A stretch of 61,130 nucleotides of DNA from Elusimicrobiota bacterium (GTDB lineage Bacteria; Elusimicrobiota; Elusimicrobia; UBA1565), in contig JBDREN010000030.1 of NCBI GenBank assembly GCA_043819795.1, positions 1-61,130 of the forward strand, in the 5' to 3' direction. Both the position numbers and the translations under genes were made by a program. Positions 31,403 to 41,154 of the stretch are shown here, one piece after another; position 1 is the stretch's first letter, and every line of letters begins with the position of its first letter. The notes beneath the pieces were generated by a model, which was not told the DNA's origin, ran no database searches, and saw only the letters and a program-made list of their open reading frames with translations.

Positions 31403-32085
31403 CAAGCCGCCCCTCCGGGAGCCGGATCGACCACGCCGGACTCGGCGAAACCCTTCGCCCGGAGCTTGCAGGAATCGCAGCGCCCGCAAGGCCGCCGCCC
31501 TCCCCGGTAGCAGGACCAGGTCAGCCCGAGCGGCACCCCCAGGCGCAGCGCCATCCGCACGATGCCGGCCTTGTCCTTGCGGAGCAGAGGCGCCTCGATG
31601 CGGAGGGGGGCTCCCTCGCAGCCCCGGCGGGTCCCCAGGACGGCGACGCGCCGGAAGGCGCGATAGAACTCGGGGCGACAATCGGGATAGCCCGAGGTGT
31701 CCAGACTGTTCGCCCCCACGACGACGGCCTCGGCGCCCACGGACTCCGCGAGCGAAAGCCCCAGGGCGACGAAGATCATGTTGCGGCCCGGGACATAGGT
31801 GCTGGGGATCGCGCCGCGCCCGATGCGGGACGGCCGCACGTCGGGAAGTCCCTTGCGCCGGTCCACCAGGGAGCTGACGCTCAGCCAAGGAAGCCGCATC
31901 CGGATCTCGTGGAAACGGGATCCCGCCGCGCGGGCCAGGCGCCTGGCCGCGAGCCGCTCCCGCTCGTGACGCTGGCCGTATCGCACGGTGAGCGCGTCGG
32001 TCCCGTAACCCTTCTCCCGCGCCCAGAACAGGCAGGTCGCGGAATCCAGGCCGCCCGAAAGCAGCACGACCGCGCGCCTGCTCAT
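31402..32085 (-). CDS. queC: 7-cyano-7-deazaguanine synthase
   Basis: LSGGLDS, YGQRH, TYVPGRN, YPDCR, TWSCY, CGRCDSC. Confidence 0.96.
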   Translation of the reverse strand: MSRRAVVLLSGGLDSATCLFWAREKGYGTDALTVRYGQRHERERLAARRLARAAGSRFHEIRMRLPWLSVSSLVDRRKGLPDVRPSRIGRGAIPSTYVPGRNMIFVALGLSLAESVGAEAVVVGANSLDTSGYPDCRPEFYRAFRRVAVLGTRRGCEGAPLRIEAPLLRKDKAGIVRMALRLGVPLGLTWSCYRGGRRPCGRCDSCKLRAKGFAESGVVDPAPGGAA

Positions 32086-32552
32086 TCGACGTCCCCCAGC
32101 GCCTCCAGAAGCAGGACCCGCGCCCTGAGTGCGATCCCGGGACGGGAGGACTCGCGCGGCCCCGCCACGTTGAGCACCTTGGGCCGCACGCGGAGCAGGA
32201 ATTCCCGCGCCCTCCCGGCCGCCTCCGGACCGTCGATGTCCACCACGCAGACCGGCTTGCCGTGGCGGCGCGCGAGCTCGCCCGTCAGCCGGGTGCCGCC
32301 GGTCGGCTCACCCGGGCAGAGGATCAGCGTCGCGTCCGCGCCGATAACGTTGCGCTCCGTGCGGACGGAGTAATCGGACGAGGCGCATTCGACCACCGGA
32401 TAGCGGTCCGGGATCCTCCCGTCCTCGGCCCGCCGGCCCTTGGGCGCCGCCCCCCCGCACGGCAGTCCCAGCTCGATAGCGGCGTCGAGCGCCCCGCGAT
32501 CCACGCCGGTCTGCCCGCCCGAGATGACCTTGATCAGGGCTCCCTTATGCAT
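32082..32552 (-). CDS. Putative molybdenum carrier / YpsA-like SLOG protein
   Basis: ISGGQTGVDRGALD, RTERNV, GGTRLT, LNVAGPRES. Confidence 0.85.
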   Translation of the reverse strand: MHKGALIKVISGGQTGVDRGALDAAIELGLPCGGAAPKGRRAEDGRIPDRYPVVECASSDYSVRTERNVIGADATLILCPGEPTGGTRLTGELARRHGKPVCVVDIDGPEAAGRAREFLLRVRPKVLNVAGPRESSRPGIALRARVLLLEALGDVE

Positions 32553-32941
32553 TCGAAGATGATGTGGCGGTAGCTCTCCACCTTGTAATGCCCGGATTCC
32601 AAAAGCTTGGCCGGGTCCAAATCGCTCGCTTGGAACGGGGTCACGGCGTCGTCCCGTGAGTACTCCTTGCGGATCCGGATCAGGTCCTTGCCTTCGCAAT
32701 ACCCCGCCATCTTCCTGAACGCCCTCGCGCGACGCTTCCGGACCAGCCAGACCGGCCCCTTCAGCGCGTAGCGCGCATGGCCCCCTCCCGGGTCGATCAG
32801 GCCGACCTCGGGGACCGGACCGCGGACGCGACGCCGCGTCTCCACGAACGAGGCCTCGCAACCCGAAGACGCCGCGAGAGCGGCCGCCGCGACCAGCACC
32901 CGCGCGGTACGGCGCAGTTGTTGGTCGCGGCGGATCCCCAT
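32534..32941 (-). CDS. Hypothetical lipoprotein
   Basis: Basic n-region, hydrophobic stretch, ASSG-C lipobox; overlaps both neighbours. Confidence 0.6.
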   Translation of the reverse strand: MGIRRDQQLRRTARVLVAAAALAASSGCEASFVETRRRVRGPVPEVGLIDPGGGHARYALKGPVWLVRKRRARAFRKMAGYCEGKDLIRIRKEYSRDDAVTPFQASDLDPAKLLESGHYKVESYRHIIFECIREP

Positions 32942-33351
32942 CAGCGACCGTCTTCAGCCCCGCGTGCCCGAGCGACGGCCTCGATCTCGATGAGGGCTCC
33001 CTTCGGCAGGGCGCTCACCTCCACCGCGGCGCGCGCCGGCGCCGGCGTCGGGAAAGCCTCGGCGTAGACCGCGTTCATCTCGCCGAACTGCGACAGGTCC
33101 TTGAGGTACACCGTCGTCTTCACGACATCCCGAAAGTCGAGACCGCACGCTTTCAGCACCCCGGCGAGGTTGTCGAGGACCCTGCGCGTCTGCTCGCGCA
33201 CGCCGCCCTCGACCATCTCTCCCGTAGCCGGCTCCAGAGGAATCTGGCCCGAAACGAAGACCCATCCGCCCGCGCGCACCGCCTGCGAGTACGGGCCGAT
33301 GGCGGCGGGCGCCTCCTCTGTACGGATCGCCTGCTTCGCTTCCGCGCTCAT
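32941..33351 (-). CDS. ridA: RidA/YjgF family enamine deaminase
   Basis: APAAIGPYSQA, SGQIP, VVKTTVYL, PARAAVEV, IEIEAVA. Confidence 0.93.
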   Translation of the reverse strand: MSAEAKQAIRTEEAPAAIGPYSQAVRAGGWVFVSGQIPLEPATGEMVEGGVREQTRRVLDNLAGVLKACGLDFRDVVKTTVYLKDLSQFGEMNAVYAEAFPTPAPARAAVEVSALPKGALIEIEAVARARGAEDGR

Positions 33352-33360
33352 GCTCCCTCC

Positions 33361-34842
33361 TTACGTATCTTCCGTCTCCGCTTCATGCCCCGCCAGGCCC
33401 GCCAGAGCTCCCGGCAACCGACCCTGGGGCTCGGCAACGCGGAGATAACGCGCCGCGGCGCCGACGCCCTCCAGAGTCTGCAAGACCGCGAACAGAATCC
33501 CCGCCAGAACGCCCCAGGCCCATAGACTGCACGCCAGAATGACCACTGGGAGCGGCACGCTCCAGTGGGCGGGCAGCCGTTTCGCGACCGTGGCGCAGAG
33601 CAGCGCGAGCACCGGGGCCGCTCCCAGAAGGGCGAATCGCGGATCGAACGCGCCGAAGCCGAAGCCCCGTTGGGCGAGACCTTCCGGTCCCGCGGGAAAC
33701 AGGGCGCTGCCCCGCTGCAGCGCGGGCAGCAGGCCCCGCCTCTCACGGGCCATCACGGCCGCGGCGAGATAGCCGCTGCGCAGACTGCCGGTCTCGAGGA
33801 TCCAGAAGAGCACCTTCGCGGGTGACTTCGCGCCAGCACCCCGCGCATAGCCGCGTAGCAGGAGGCGGTAGACGGCCTCAACCGGGACGAGCGCCGCGAA
33901 GACCGCGCCGCACAGAGCGAGTACCCACGGCAGGGACCGCAAAGACGCCGTCGCGGCGCACCCTTCCGGACGCCGGGCGAGTCCGGCGGCGAGAAGCGCT
34001 CCTGGACCGAAGAGACAGAACGCCGCGGCGAAATAAGCCCGGAACCACGTCTCGGAACCCGCGTAGAGAGGGCGGCCGATGAGCCATACCAGCGCGTCGA
34101 ATCCATAGCCCGCCAGGATCATGCCGAGGCAGAGCCACAGCAGGGCCGTCACGCAGAGGAAGACGCGCTGTCGCCGAAGCACCTTCCAGGCTGCGCTCGC
34201 CGACCTCCCCTCCTCCACGCCGCCGTCGAAGACGGGCAGCCCCATCTTGATCCAAACGAGCGCGGCCAGAGGGAGGACGACTATCCACAGCCATCGCAGG
34301 GCGCGCGTCGCGTGGAGCCGGAGCCCGGACGCGGACGCGTCCGGGGGCGGCAGGGTTTTCCGGGCCCCCGGCTCCTTCCACAAACGCAAGGCGCGGAGCA
34401 GATCCGCCGCCCCCCCGCGGACGCCGGGAGCCGAGTCGCGGGCCCCCGATCTCGCCGCCACGTCGAGCCGGGCCAGCCAGGTCTCGCGCACGGCTTTCTC
34501 GGGCAGCGAGCCGAAGCCGGCCAAGCCCCTCAGCGCCGGCCCCCGGACGCCGGGGTCGGCGTCCTCGGAAGCGGCGAGCAGCGTCTCGAGAGCCGCCGCG
34601 TCGCCGTGCTCTTTCAGGCGCACGGCCAACGCCTGAACGACCCAGAAGCGCTGATCCGGGCTCTCCGTCCCGCGATACAGCTCCGAAAGCCTCTCGGCGG
34701 CCGCCGGTGACGGGTCCGTCTCGAGACGTCGAAGGGCGTCCCCATCCCCTCCGGGCCCGGCGTGGACCGCCGCGGACAGCACGACCGCGCTCAGCAACGT
34801 CAGCGACCAGCGGCCAAGACGCGGAGCCCGGACCGGCCTCAC
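33361..34842 (-). CDS. Hypothetical protein with HEAT-like repeats and multiple TM helices
   Basis: Signal peptide, LLAASEDADPGVRGPALRGL, several hydrophobic segments; GTG overlaps rho stop. Confidence 0.6.
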   Translation of the reverse strand: MRPVRAPRLGRWSLTLLSAVVLSAAVHAGPGGDGDALRRLETDPSPAAAERLSELYRGTESPDQRFWVVQALAVRLKEHGDAAALETLLAASEDADPGVRGPALRGLAGFGSLPEKAVRETWLARLDVAARSGARDSAPGVRGGAADLLRALRLWKEPGARKTLPPPDASASGLRLHATRALRWLWIVVLPLAALVWIKMGLPVFDGGVEEGRSASAAWKVLRRQRVFLCVTALLWLCLGMILAGYGFDALVWLIGRPLYAGSETWFRAYFAAAFCLFGPGALLAAGLARRPEGCAATASLRSLPWVLALCGAVFAALVPVEAVYRLLLRGYARGAGAKSPAKVLFWILETGSLRSGYLAAAVMARERRGLLPALQRGSALFPAGPEGLAQRGFGFGAFDPRFALLGAAPVLALLCATVAKRLPAHWSVPLPVVILACSLWAWGVLAGILFAVLQTLEGVGAAARYLRVAEPQGRLPGALAGLAGHEAETEDT

Positions 34843-35834
34843 GTTCCTCCCTGGATCTCCGCCAGCAGCTTCTCGTTGGTCGGATACTGCCGCAGGAGCT
34901 CGTTGATCGACTTGGTCGCCTCGAGATCCGAAAAGTTGGCCAGCTTGCGGCGGAGGTCCCAGACGCGCTCCAGCGTCTTGGGGGGCAGCAGCAGCTCCTC
35001 GCGCCGGGTCCCCGAGCTCTTCACATGAATCGCCGGAAAGACGCGCACCTCGGCGGCGCGGCGGGAGAGCACGAGCTCCATGTTGCCGGTCCCCTTGAAC
35101 TCCTGGAAGATGACCTCGTCCATGCGGCTGTTCGTGTCGACGAGGATCGTCGCGAGGATCGTTATCGAGCCCCCCTCCTCGAGTTTGCGAGCCGCGCCGA
35201 AGAAGCGCCGCGGCACCTCCATCGCGCGCGAGTCCAGTCCGCCCGAGAGCGTCTTGGTCCCCGTGGCCGCCGTATTGTAGGCCCGCGCCAGCCGGGTCAG
35301 CGAGTCCAGGACGATCAGCACGTCCCGGCCCGCCGCGGCGTCGGCGATCGACTTTTGGTACACCCTGTCCGCTATGCGGATATGCTCGTCGTAGGCCCGG
35401 TCGCTGCAAGAGGCGAACATCTCGGCCTTCACGGCTCGCCGGAAGTCCGTCACCTCCTCGGGCCTCTCGTCGATCAGTAGGCAGTTGACGATCATCTTGG
35501 GCTCGGCCTTTTCGACGGCCTGGCAGAACTGCTTAAGGATCGTCGTCTTGCCCACCTTCGGCGGCGACACGATCAGGCCGCGCTGGCCCTTCCCGACCGG
35601 AGCCAGAAGGTCCACGGCCCGCATGGCCCATTCCCGGGAGCCGTCTTCGAACCGGATCCATTCGAACGGCGTCACCGGAGTCTTGCTGAGAAAGTCCTTC
35701 TCGGCTTCGGTGCGGCGCAGCACCGGCGCCCGGTCCGGCCGGCGGCGGGCCCCATGCGGCCGGTCCGGCCGGCGATGCCCTCCTTGCGGCCGCTGACCGC
35801 GTCGGCGTCTGCTATGATCGGATCTGTTTCTCAT
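34839..35834 (-). CDS. rho: Transcription termination factor Rho, short form (ATPase domain only)
   Basis: [66 protein letters not shown]. Confidence 0.9.
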   Translation of the reverse strand: MRNRSDHSRRRRGQRPQGGHRRPDRPHGARRRPDRAPVLRRTEAEKDFLSKTPVTPFEWIRFEDGSREWAMRAVDLLAPVGKGQRGLIVSPPKVGKTTILKQFCQAVEKAEPKMIVNCLLIDERPEEVTDFRRAVKAEMFASCSDRAYDEHIRIADRVYQKSIADAAAGRDVLIVLDSLTRLARAYNTAATGTKTLSGGLDSRAMEVPRRFFGAARKLEEGGSITILATILVDTNSRMDEVIFQEFKGTGNMELVLSRRAAEVRVFPAIHVKSSGTRREELLLPPKTLERVWDLRRKLANFSDLEATKSINELLRQYPTNEKLLAEIQGGT

Positions 35835-37663
35835 CGGTCGTTCTCCTTGCCGGGGCTTAGAGCCCATTTCGGACGCCTCCAGCTGCGGCGAAACTCCTCC
35901 ATCGTCGCGGCGCGGGCGTCGTGCCGGTCTCCCCGGCCGTCCAAAAAAAGCACCCAGTCAAGCCGCTGGTCCGCGGTCCCGAACACCGCGTCGAATGTCC
36001 GGGCCAGCATGTTGGGCGACACCGACCGCCGGCCATAGACCCTCTCGCCCGGCGGCCGCAGGCCGCGCCCCTCATCATCCGGCGCGTAAGCGCGGTAGAT
36101 CAGCTCCGCGCTGGCGACCGCCTCGTCGGAGAGGAAATCGAACTGGTAGTCGTACGGCTTGCCGAACGCACGGAAGGCGCGCTCGAGCGCCCGGGCTTTT
36201 TCGCGCAGCCCGAGCCGAGGACGCAGAACGGCCAGGGCGTCGGCGGCGGCGACCCGGGAGAGGGGCGTCAGAACCACGCCGCCGGCGCGCTCGGAGGCCT
36301 CGAGCAGGCACGGGGCTCCGTCCTCCCCCTCTTCGGCGTTCCGGCGATACGCCTCCGAATGGCTCGCCCGCAGGCGCTCGTTCACCGCGTCCCCCTTGAA
36401 ATAGCGCCGGCGCTCATCCGCCGTCCCGGCGTAGAGCGCCGCATGGTGCCAGAATCCGGGCTGCCCGATGGCGCTCAGATACCGCTCGCGCCGCACAAGA
36501 AGGATGTCCCCCGGGACGAGCGCGCCGGCGACTTCCCGGGCCTGCTCCCGCGAGATCAGCACGTCGGGCCTCGGCCCGGAGGGCGCGTCCATCTGGAACC
36601 AGTATCGCAGCGTGTCGAGCGCGTAGACGACGCGCGAGCTCACCGATATCCCCTCCCATACCGGCAAGGGCAGCAGCAGGTTCCGGCGCGGCTCATACGG
36701 GGCCTTCACGGAGCCGTCCCAAGGGCCCGCCGCCGAGCGCAGCGCGAACGTGCCGGCGAAGGCTCCGTCGCGGACCAGCGCGAGCGCGGCGTCCGGCGGC
36801 ATGGGCCGGCGCCCGGAGCCCCGCGGCAGGAACTTGGCGTCGAGCTCCCGCTCGCGACGCCAGGACCGTAGCCCGCGTCCCACGCCTTTCTCGAGCGCCC
36901 GGGAGCCGCCGATGAATCGGTGGTAGGCGCGGACGGCGTCCGCCGCGTCCGAGGCCTCCGGGCCAAGAAAACGGCGTTCGAGCAGCGTGTAGCTGCCGGC
37001 AGGCAGGCCGAGTCCGCCGACGGGCTCGTCGAATAGTCTCCCGAGATTCGGGTCGCGGACACCGAGCTCCGTCCACTCCCGGACGAACCGCGCTTGGGCC
37101 AGGTAGGCGGCGTAGCCGACGAGGAAGGCGGCCTTTCTCTCAGCACCGTCCGCAAGTACGCCAAAGGCTCCGTAGCGAGCGAGCAGGGCGTCCAGCGCGA
37201 GCCAATAGTCCATCGCGCGGTTCCAAGCGCCGCGCGCCTCGGCACGGTACTCCTCGAAGAGGGAGGCCCGCTCGACGGCGGCCGGCGGGAACACCTGCGG
37301 ACGGCCGCGCGCGAAGCGAAGCGCCTCCAGCAGGCCCTTGCGCCAGCGCTCCAGCGCCTCGCTGTCCTCCGACAAGCGCTCCCAAAACCGGACCTCGAGG
37401 GGATGACGCCGGGCCCGCCCGCCGCCCTCCGGGACGGGTTCGCCGTCTTGGAGCAGCGGGTCCTCCCAGGGAGGCGCCGACGGGATGCCGAGATCGACCT
37501 CATCGGGCGCCTCGCCGCCCTCCACGGCGGCCGGCCAGCCCCGCGCCCCGCAGATCGAGAGCCCCAATACCAGCGCCGGCAGAGCCGCGAGCCGCCTCCG
37601 GCCGCTCCCCGACGACGTCCGGAGGCGGCACTTCCTCCCGGTAACGCTCGGTCGTCCGCTCAC
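35831..37663 (-). CDS. Exported YiiX/YebB-like permuted papain (NlpC/P60) family protein
   Basis: PGDILL, GFWHHAALY, GKPYDYQFDF, ASAELIY; GTG overlaps upstream stop. Confidence 0.75.
   Translation of the reverse strand: MSGRPSVTGRKCRLRTSSGSGRRRLAALPALVLGLSICGARGWPAAVEGGEAPDEVDLGIPSAPPWEDPLLQDGEPVPEGGGRARRHPLEVRFWERLSEDSEALERWRKGLLEALRFARGRPQVFPPAAVERASLFEEYRAEARGAWNRAMDYWLALDALLARYGAFGVLADGAERKAAFLVGYAAYLAQARFVREWTELGVRDPNLGRLFDEPVGGLGLPAGSYTLLERRFLGPEASDAADAVRAYHRFIGGSRALEKGVGRGLRSWRRERELDAKFLPRGSGRRPMPPDAALALVRDGAFAGTFALRSAAGPWDGSVKAPYEPRRNLLLPLPVWEGISVSSRVVYALDTLRYWFQMDAPSGPRPDVLISREQAREVAGALVPGDILLVRRERYLSAIGQPGFWHHAALYAGTADERRRYFKGDAVNERLRASHSEAYRRNAEEGEDGAPCLLEASERAGGVVLTPLSRVAAADALAVLRPRLGLREKARALERAFRAFGKPYDYQFDFLSDEAVASAELIYRAYAPDDEGRGLRPPGERVYGRRSVSPNMLARTFDAVFGTADQRLDWVLFLDGRGDRHDARAATMEEFRRSWRRPKWALSPGKENDR
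37600..37655 (-). repeat. Repeat family 1 copy at the 5' end of the YiiX-like gene
   Basis: GCCGCTCCCCGACGACGTCCGGAGGCGGCACTTCCTCCCGGTAACGCTCGGTC matches modules in hemH and mrdA. Confidence 0.85.
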
Positions 37664-38238
37664 GCCCACATCGCCTCCGCTCCGGGGAAGGCTGCCGGCC
37701 AGCGCGTATCGAGGGCTTTCAGCACGTGCCCCATCATCCGGACCGTCAGCGAAAGGACGGTCCGCGCGTCGGCGCCCGCATGCAGGTTCTCCGGGAAAAG
37801 GTGAGCCCAGGGAACCGCGGCGCGGCCTCCCCGCGTGAAGTCCCCGCATAAGGCCAACACCCTCCTGACCTCCTCTTCGGGTATGCCCCCCCGCCGGGCG
37901 CGCTCCAGCAGACGTTCCGAGGACCAGAGATCCTCCCACCGCGCATCGTCCGTCGCGTCGAGAACCACGGCGGCGTCGCGCTCCGCGTCCTCCGAGACGG
38001 CCACCCATCGCATGACCGCCGCCATCTCGATCAGATGACGCAGGACCGGCAGAGCCTCGTTCGGATGGTCCTGTCGGCACAGCTGGACGACGGCGTCGGC
38101 CAGAGCCAGCGACCTGCCCGCCCCGCCGGACATCAAAGACTCGGCCCTCAGGCCCCGGCGCAGCCGCGGTCCGACGCGGCACATGCCGTTGTCGATATAG
38201 GCCTTCGCCTGTCCGATCTTCTGTATCAGCTCCTGCAT
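37660..38238 (-). CDS. Hypothetical helical protein (DUF5677-like)
   Basis: ALPVLRHLIE motif; stop coupled to next gene. Confidence 0.55.
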   Translation of the reverse strand: MQELIQKIGQAKAYIDNGMCRVGPRLRRGLRAESLMSGGAGRSLALADAVVQLCRQDHPNEALPVLRHLIEMAAVMRWVAVSEDAERDAAVVLDATDDARWEDLWSSERLLERARRGGIPEEEVRRVLALCGDFTRGGRAAVPWAHLFPENLHAGADARTVLSLTVRMMGHVLKALDTRWPAAFPGAEAMWA

Positions 38239-38274
38239 CGCGTCTTGCCCCGCAAATACCCCCGCAAATACCCC

Positions 38275-38303
38275 TTGACCGACGAACCGCCCTGGCCTAT
38301 CAT
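38275..38303 (+). promoter_or_regulatory. Promoter TTGACC-17-TATCAT preceded by a 12-bp tandem repeat
   Basis: Hexamers upstream of the receiver gene; CCCCGCAAATAC x2 at 38248-38271. Confidence 0.55.
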
Positions 38304-38312
38304 ATGGTCAGA

Positions 38313-38697
38313 TATGGCGCGCATCCTGATTATCGACGACGACACCGAACTGGTGCAGATCCTCACCATGGCGCTGCAGTCCTGCCGGCACCAAGTCGCC
38401 TCGGCCGGAGACCCTGTGGCGGGGTTCGAGGTCTGCCGCAAGTTCCATCCGGACATCATCCTTCTCGACTACCATATGCCGGGGGACACCGGCGCCCACC
38501 TCTTCGAGACCTTCCGGCGCAACCAAGCGACCTCCCGCACCCCCATCCTCTTCATGAGCGCCATGGCCTCGCCGGAGCAAATCCTCGGGGAGGTGGCCGA
38601 TCCCGCCGTCTCCCGCTTCATCCCGAAGCCCATCAAGCTCGCCGAGTTGAAGAGGAACATCGGCGAGATGCTCGGCCCTGGCGGCGACGAGGCGTAG
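38313..38697 (+). CDS. Single-domain response regulator (receiver)
   Basis: ILIIDDD, DIILLDYHMP, PILFMSA, PKP. Confidence 0.92.
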
Positions 38698-38704
38698 CCG
38701 CCTC

Positions 38705-39523
38705 TCACGAGGCCAGCCTCACCACGCGCACGCGCGGGCTCGGGCCGCCGAGAAACCGCCTCGCCAAACGATGGAAGCGGTCCGGGCCGTCCGTCACGAA
38801 GAACGCTTCGGAGCCGCACCCGGAACGGCGCAGCAAGCCGTTCGCCGCCAGCAGGCCCTTCACCTCCAGCGCGGTCTCCTCTCCGGAATCCATGAGGCGG
38901 ACCTTGCGCCCCGCCACGCGCTGCAGGAGCCCCCTGATCAGCGGATAGTGCGTGCAGCCGAGGATCAGCACGTCCATCCTCGTGCGGAGCAGGGGACGGA
39001 GGTATTCGCCGGCCACACTCCGGGTCACCGGATGCCGCCACCACCCCTCCTCCACGAGCGGCACGAGAAGCGGGCACGCCGCCGCGACGATTCGCGGACC
39101 CCGCGCCAAGGCGCGCAAAGCCCTTTGGTAGGCGCCGCTCGCGACGGTCGCTTCGGTGCCGATGACCCCGATCGTCCCCGTCCTGCTCGCGGCGGCCGCC
39201 GCGCGAACGGCCGGATCGATGACGCCTACGACGGGGACCCGCAGGGCCGCCTTCAGCGCGGGCAGGGCCAGCGCGGAGGCGCTGTTGCACGCCACGACGA
39301 GCAGCTTGATCCGCTGTCGCTCCAGGAAACGGGCGATCTCGAAAGAGAACCGGGTGACGGCCTCTCGCGTCTTCGAGCCGTACGGGACGCGCGCCGTGTC
39401 CCCGAAATACAGCAGCCGGTCGGACGGCAGAGCACGCCGCAAAGCCTTGAACACGGTCAGCCCCCCCACCCCCGAATCGAAGACCCCGATGGCCCTCCCG
39501 GCGCCCCCCCCGCGGGCGGTCAT
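38705..39523 (-). CDS. murI: Glutamate racemase
   Basis: FDSGVGGLTV, PYGSK, VACNSAS, LGCTHYP. Confidence 0.96.
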   Translation of the reverse strand: MTARGGGAGRAIGVFDSGVGGLTVFKALRRALPSDRLLYFGDTARVPYGSKTREAVTRFSFEIARFLERQRIKLLVVACNSASALALPALKAALRVPVVGVIDPAVRAAAAASRTGTIGVIGTEATVASGAYQRALRALARGPRIVAAACPLLVPLVEEGWWRHPVTRSVAGEYLRPLLRTRMDVLILGCTHYPLIRGLLQRVAGRKVRLMDSGEETALEVKGLLAANGLLRRSGCGSEAFFVTDGPDRFHRLARRFLGGPSPRVRVVRLAS

Positions 39524-41154
39524 CGCGCCACCCCGCCGCGCCATCCCTTGCGCTGCGCGAACTCCAGGATGCCGGCGTAGAGTCCCTCGACGATCTTGCG
39601 GCGGTACTTCTTCGACTGGAGCTTCGCCTCGTCGCGCGCGTTCGAGAGGAACCCCGTCTCGACGAGGACCGCCGGGCTGTTCGCCCCGCGCAGGACATAA
39701 AAGTCCGCCTGCTTGACGCCGCGGTTCGGCATGTCCACGCGCTTCGCCCACGCCCGGGCCATCAGGCCCGCCAGCTCCGCCGCATCGTTGATGAACTCGG
39801 TCTTGGCCAGCGCGTACAGCAGTCCCGCCGTCTCGTCCTCGAGCGCGTCCTCACCCTCGAGGGCGAGGACCGAGTTCTCGAACTCGGCCAGCCGCTCCGC
39901 CTCCGGGTCCGAGGCCCTCTCCGAAAGGAAATATATCTCGAAGCCGGACTCGGCCCGGCTCGTGCTGGCGTTGCAGTGCAGGGATATGAAGAGGTCCGCC
40001 TTGAACTCGTTGGCCTTCTTCGACCTCTCGCCGAGCCTCACGAAGTTGTCGCCGGTGCGGATCAGGAGGATCTCGAAGATCTTCTCGACCTCGAGCAGCC
40101 GGGACAGCTCCCGGGCCGTCGCGAGATTGATGTCTTTCTCGAGCGTCCCGCGGCGCCCCACCGTCCCGCCGTCTTTGCCCCCATGCCCCGCGTCGATAGC
40201 GATGCGATAGACGCCCCTCGAGCTCCCGTCCGCCGCGCGCGGCGGGCTCTCGGCGGCCGCCTGGCCGTCGCGGATTCCCTCCGGATCGCCGCCGGCCGGC
40301 GGGGCTTCGGCGACCGCGGCGGTCCCGCTCCCCCGCTCCCCTTCGCGGGACTCCCGCAGCCCCGGCCCATCCGGAGCCTCGACATCGAGGCCCCCTTCGC
40401 GCGCCTGCACCGCCCCGCCCTCGGCCTCGGCACGGGCCACGTCGATGACGATCCGCCGCGGCTCTTTGAACTCACGGACCCGCCAGCCGTCGGCGCCCTC
40501 CTGCAGCTCCAAAGACAGGCGGGCCTGCTTCGACTCCTGATACAGGCGTATATAGTCGACGACGCCGTCCGTCACGTCGACCCGTTCGGACCAGTCGATC
40601 GTCCCGTTCGGTATGTCGATATCGAAACCCGATTTTCCGCGCCTCGAGGTCCGGTACCGAAGACCGTCGCCGAGCTCGAGCACGACCCGCGTGTGGTCCG
40701 CATGAGTGGACCACCTCAGGGGGCCCACGCTGCTGCGTTGGTCGACGAGGAGCAGCCGCGTCGTCGCGTTGAACCTCGAATCCACCCCGGCCAAGTCGGA
40801 GAAATGCCTCGTCGTGAAGAGCTCGATCGGGATGAACGCCCGGCTGGCGCGCACGATCATCGGCCGCGGCATCTCGACCCGCGTGTCGCCGACGATCGCC
40901 TGCTTGGACCCCGCCGTGAAACGCGCCAGCTTGCCCCGGAAGCTCAACCGCACCTCCTCCCGGACGGCATACCAATAGAGCCGCGCGCCGTACACGCGCG
41001 CCGCCTCCTTGGCCCCGAGATAGAACTCGTCGCCCGCCCGGTAGGCATCGATCGTCCCGTAGTACTTGCCCGACTTGACGATCTGAATCTCCTCGGCCGA
41101 GCTCCACGCGGCCAGGCCGCCCAGAGCCGTCACAAGCAGAAGCCTTGCGATCAT
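39520..41154 (-). CDS. N-acetylmuramoyl-L-alanine amidase (AmiC-like, AMIN domains)
   Basis: Signal peptide; IDAGHGGKD, EKDINL, FISLHCNA, AVLVETGFLSN. Confidence 0.93.
   Translation of the reverse strand: MIARLLLVTALGGLAAWSSAEEIQIVKSGKYYGTIDAYRAGDEFYLGAKEAARVYGARLYWYAVREEVRLSFRGKLARFTAGSKQAIVGDTRVEMPRPMIVRASRAFIPIELFTTRHFSDLAGVDSRFNATTRLLLVDQRSSVGPLRWSTHADHTRVVLELGDGLRYRTSRRGKSGFDIDIPNGTIDWSERVDVTDGVVDYIRLYQESKQARLSLELQEGADGWRVREFKEPRRIVIDVARAEAEGGAVQAREGGLDVEAPDGPGLRESREGERGSGTAAVAEAPPAGGDPEGIRDGQAAAESPPRAADGSSRGVYRIAIDAGHGGKDGGTVGRRGTLEKDINLATARELSRLLEVEKIFEILLIRTGDNFVRLGERSKKANEFKADLFISLHCNASTSRAESGFEIYFLSERASDPEAERLAEFENSVLALEGEDALEDETAGLLYALAKTEFINDAAELAGLMARAWAKRVDMPNRGVKQADFYVLRGANSPAVLVETGFLSNARDEAKLQSKKYRRKIVEGLYAGILEFAQRKGWRGGVAR

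Noticed and set aside
30671..32552. queC/queE plus SLOG protein as a defence (Qat/Dpd-like) island
   Set aside because: QueC and QueE look like canonical queuosine enzymes; no dpdA, ATPase, TatD or nuclease partners in the window
37660..38238. HEPN toxin
   Set aside because: No clear RxxxxH motif and no antitoxin or nucleotidyltransferase partner
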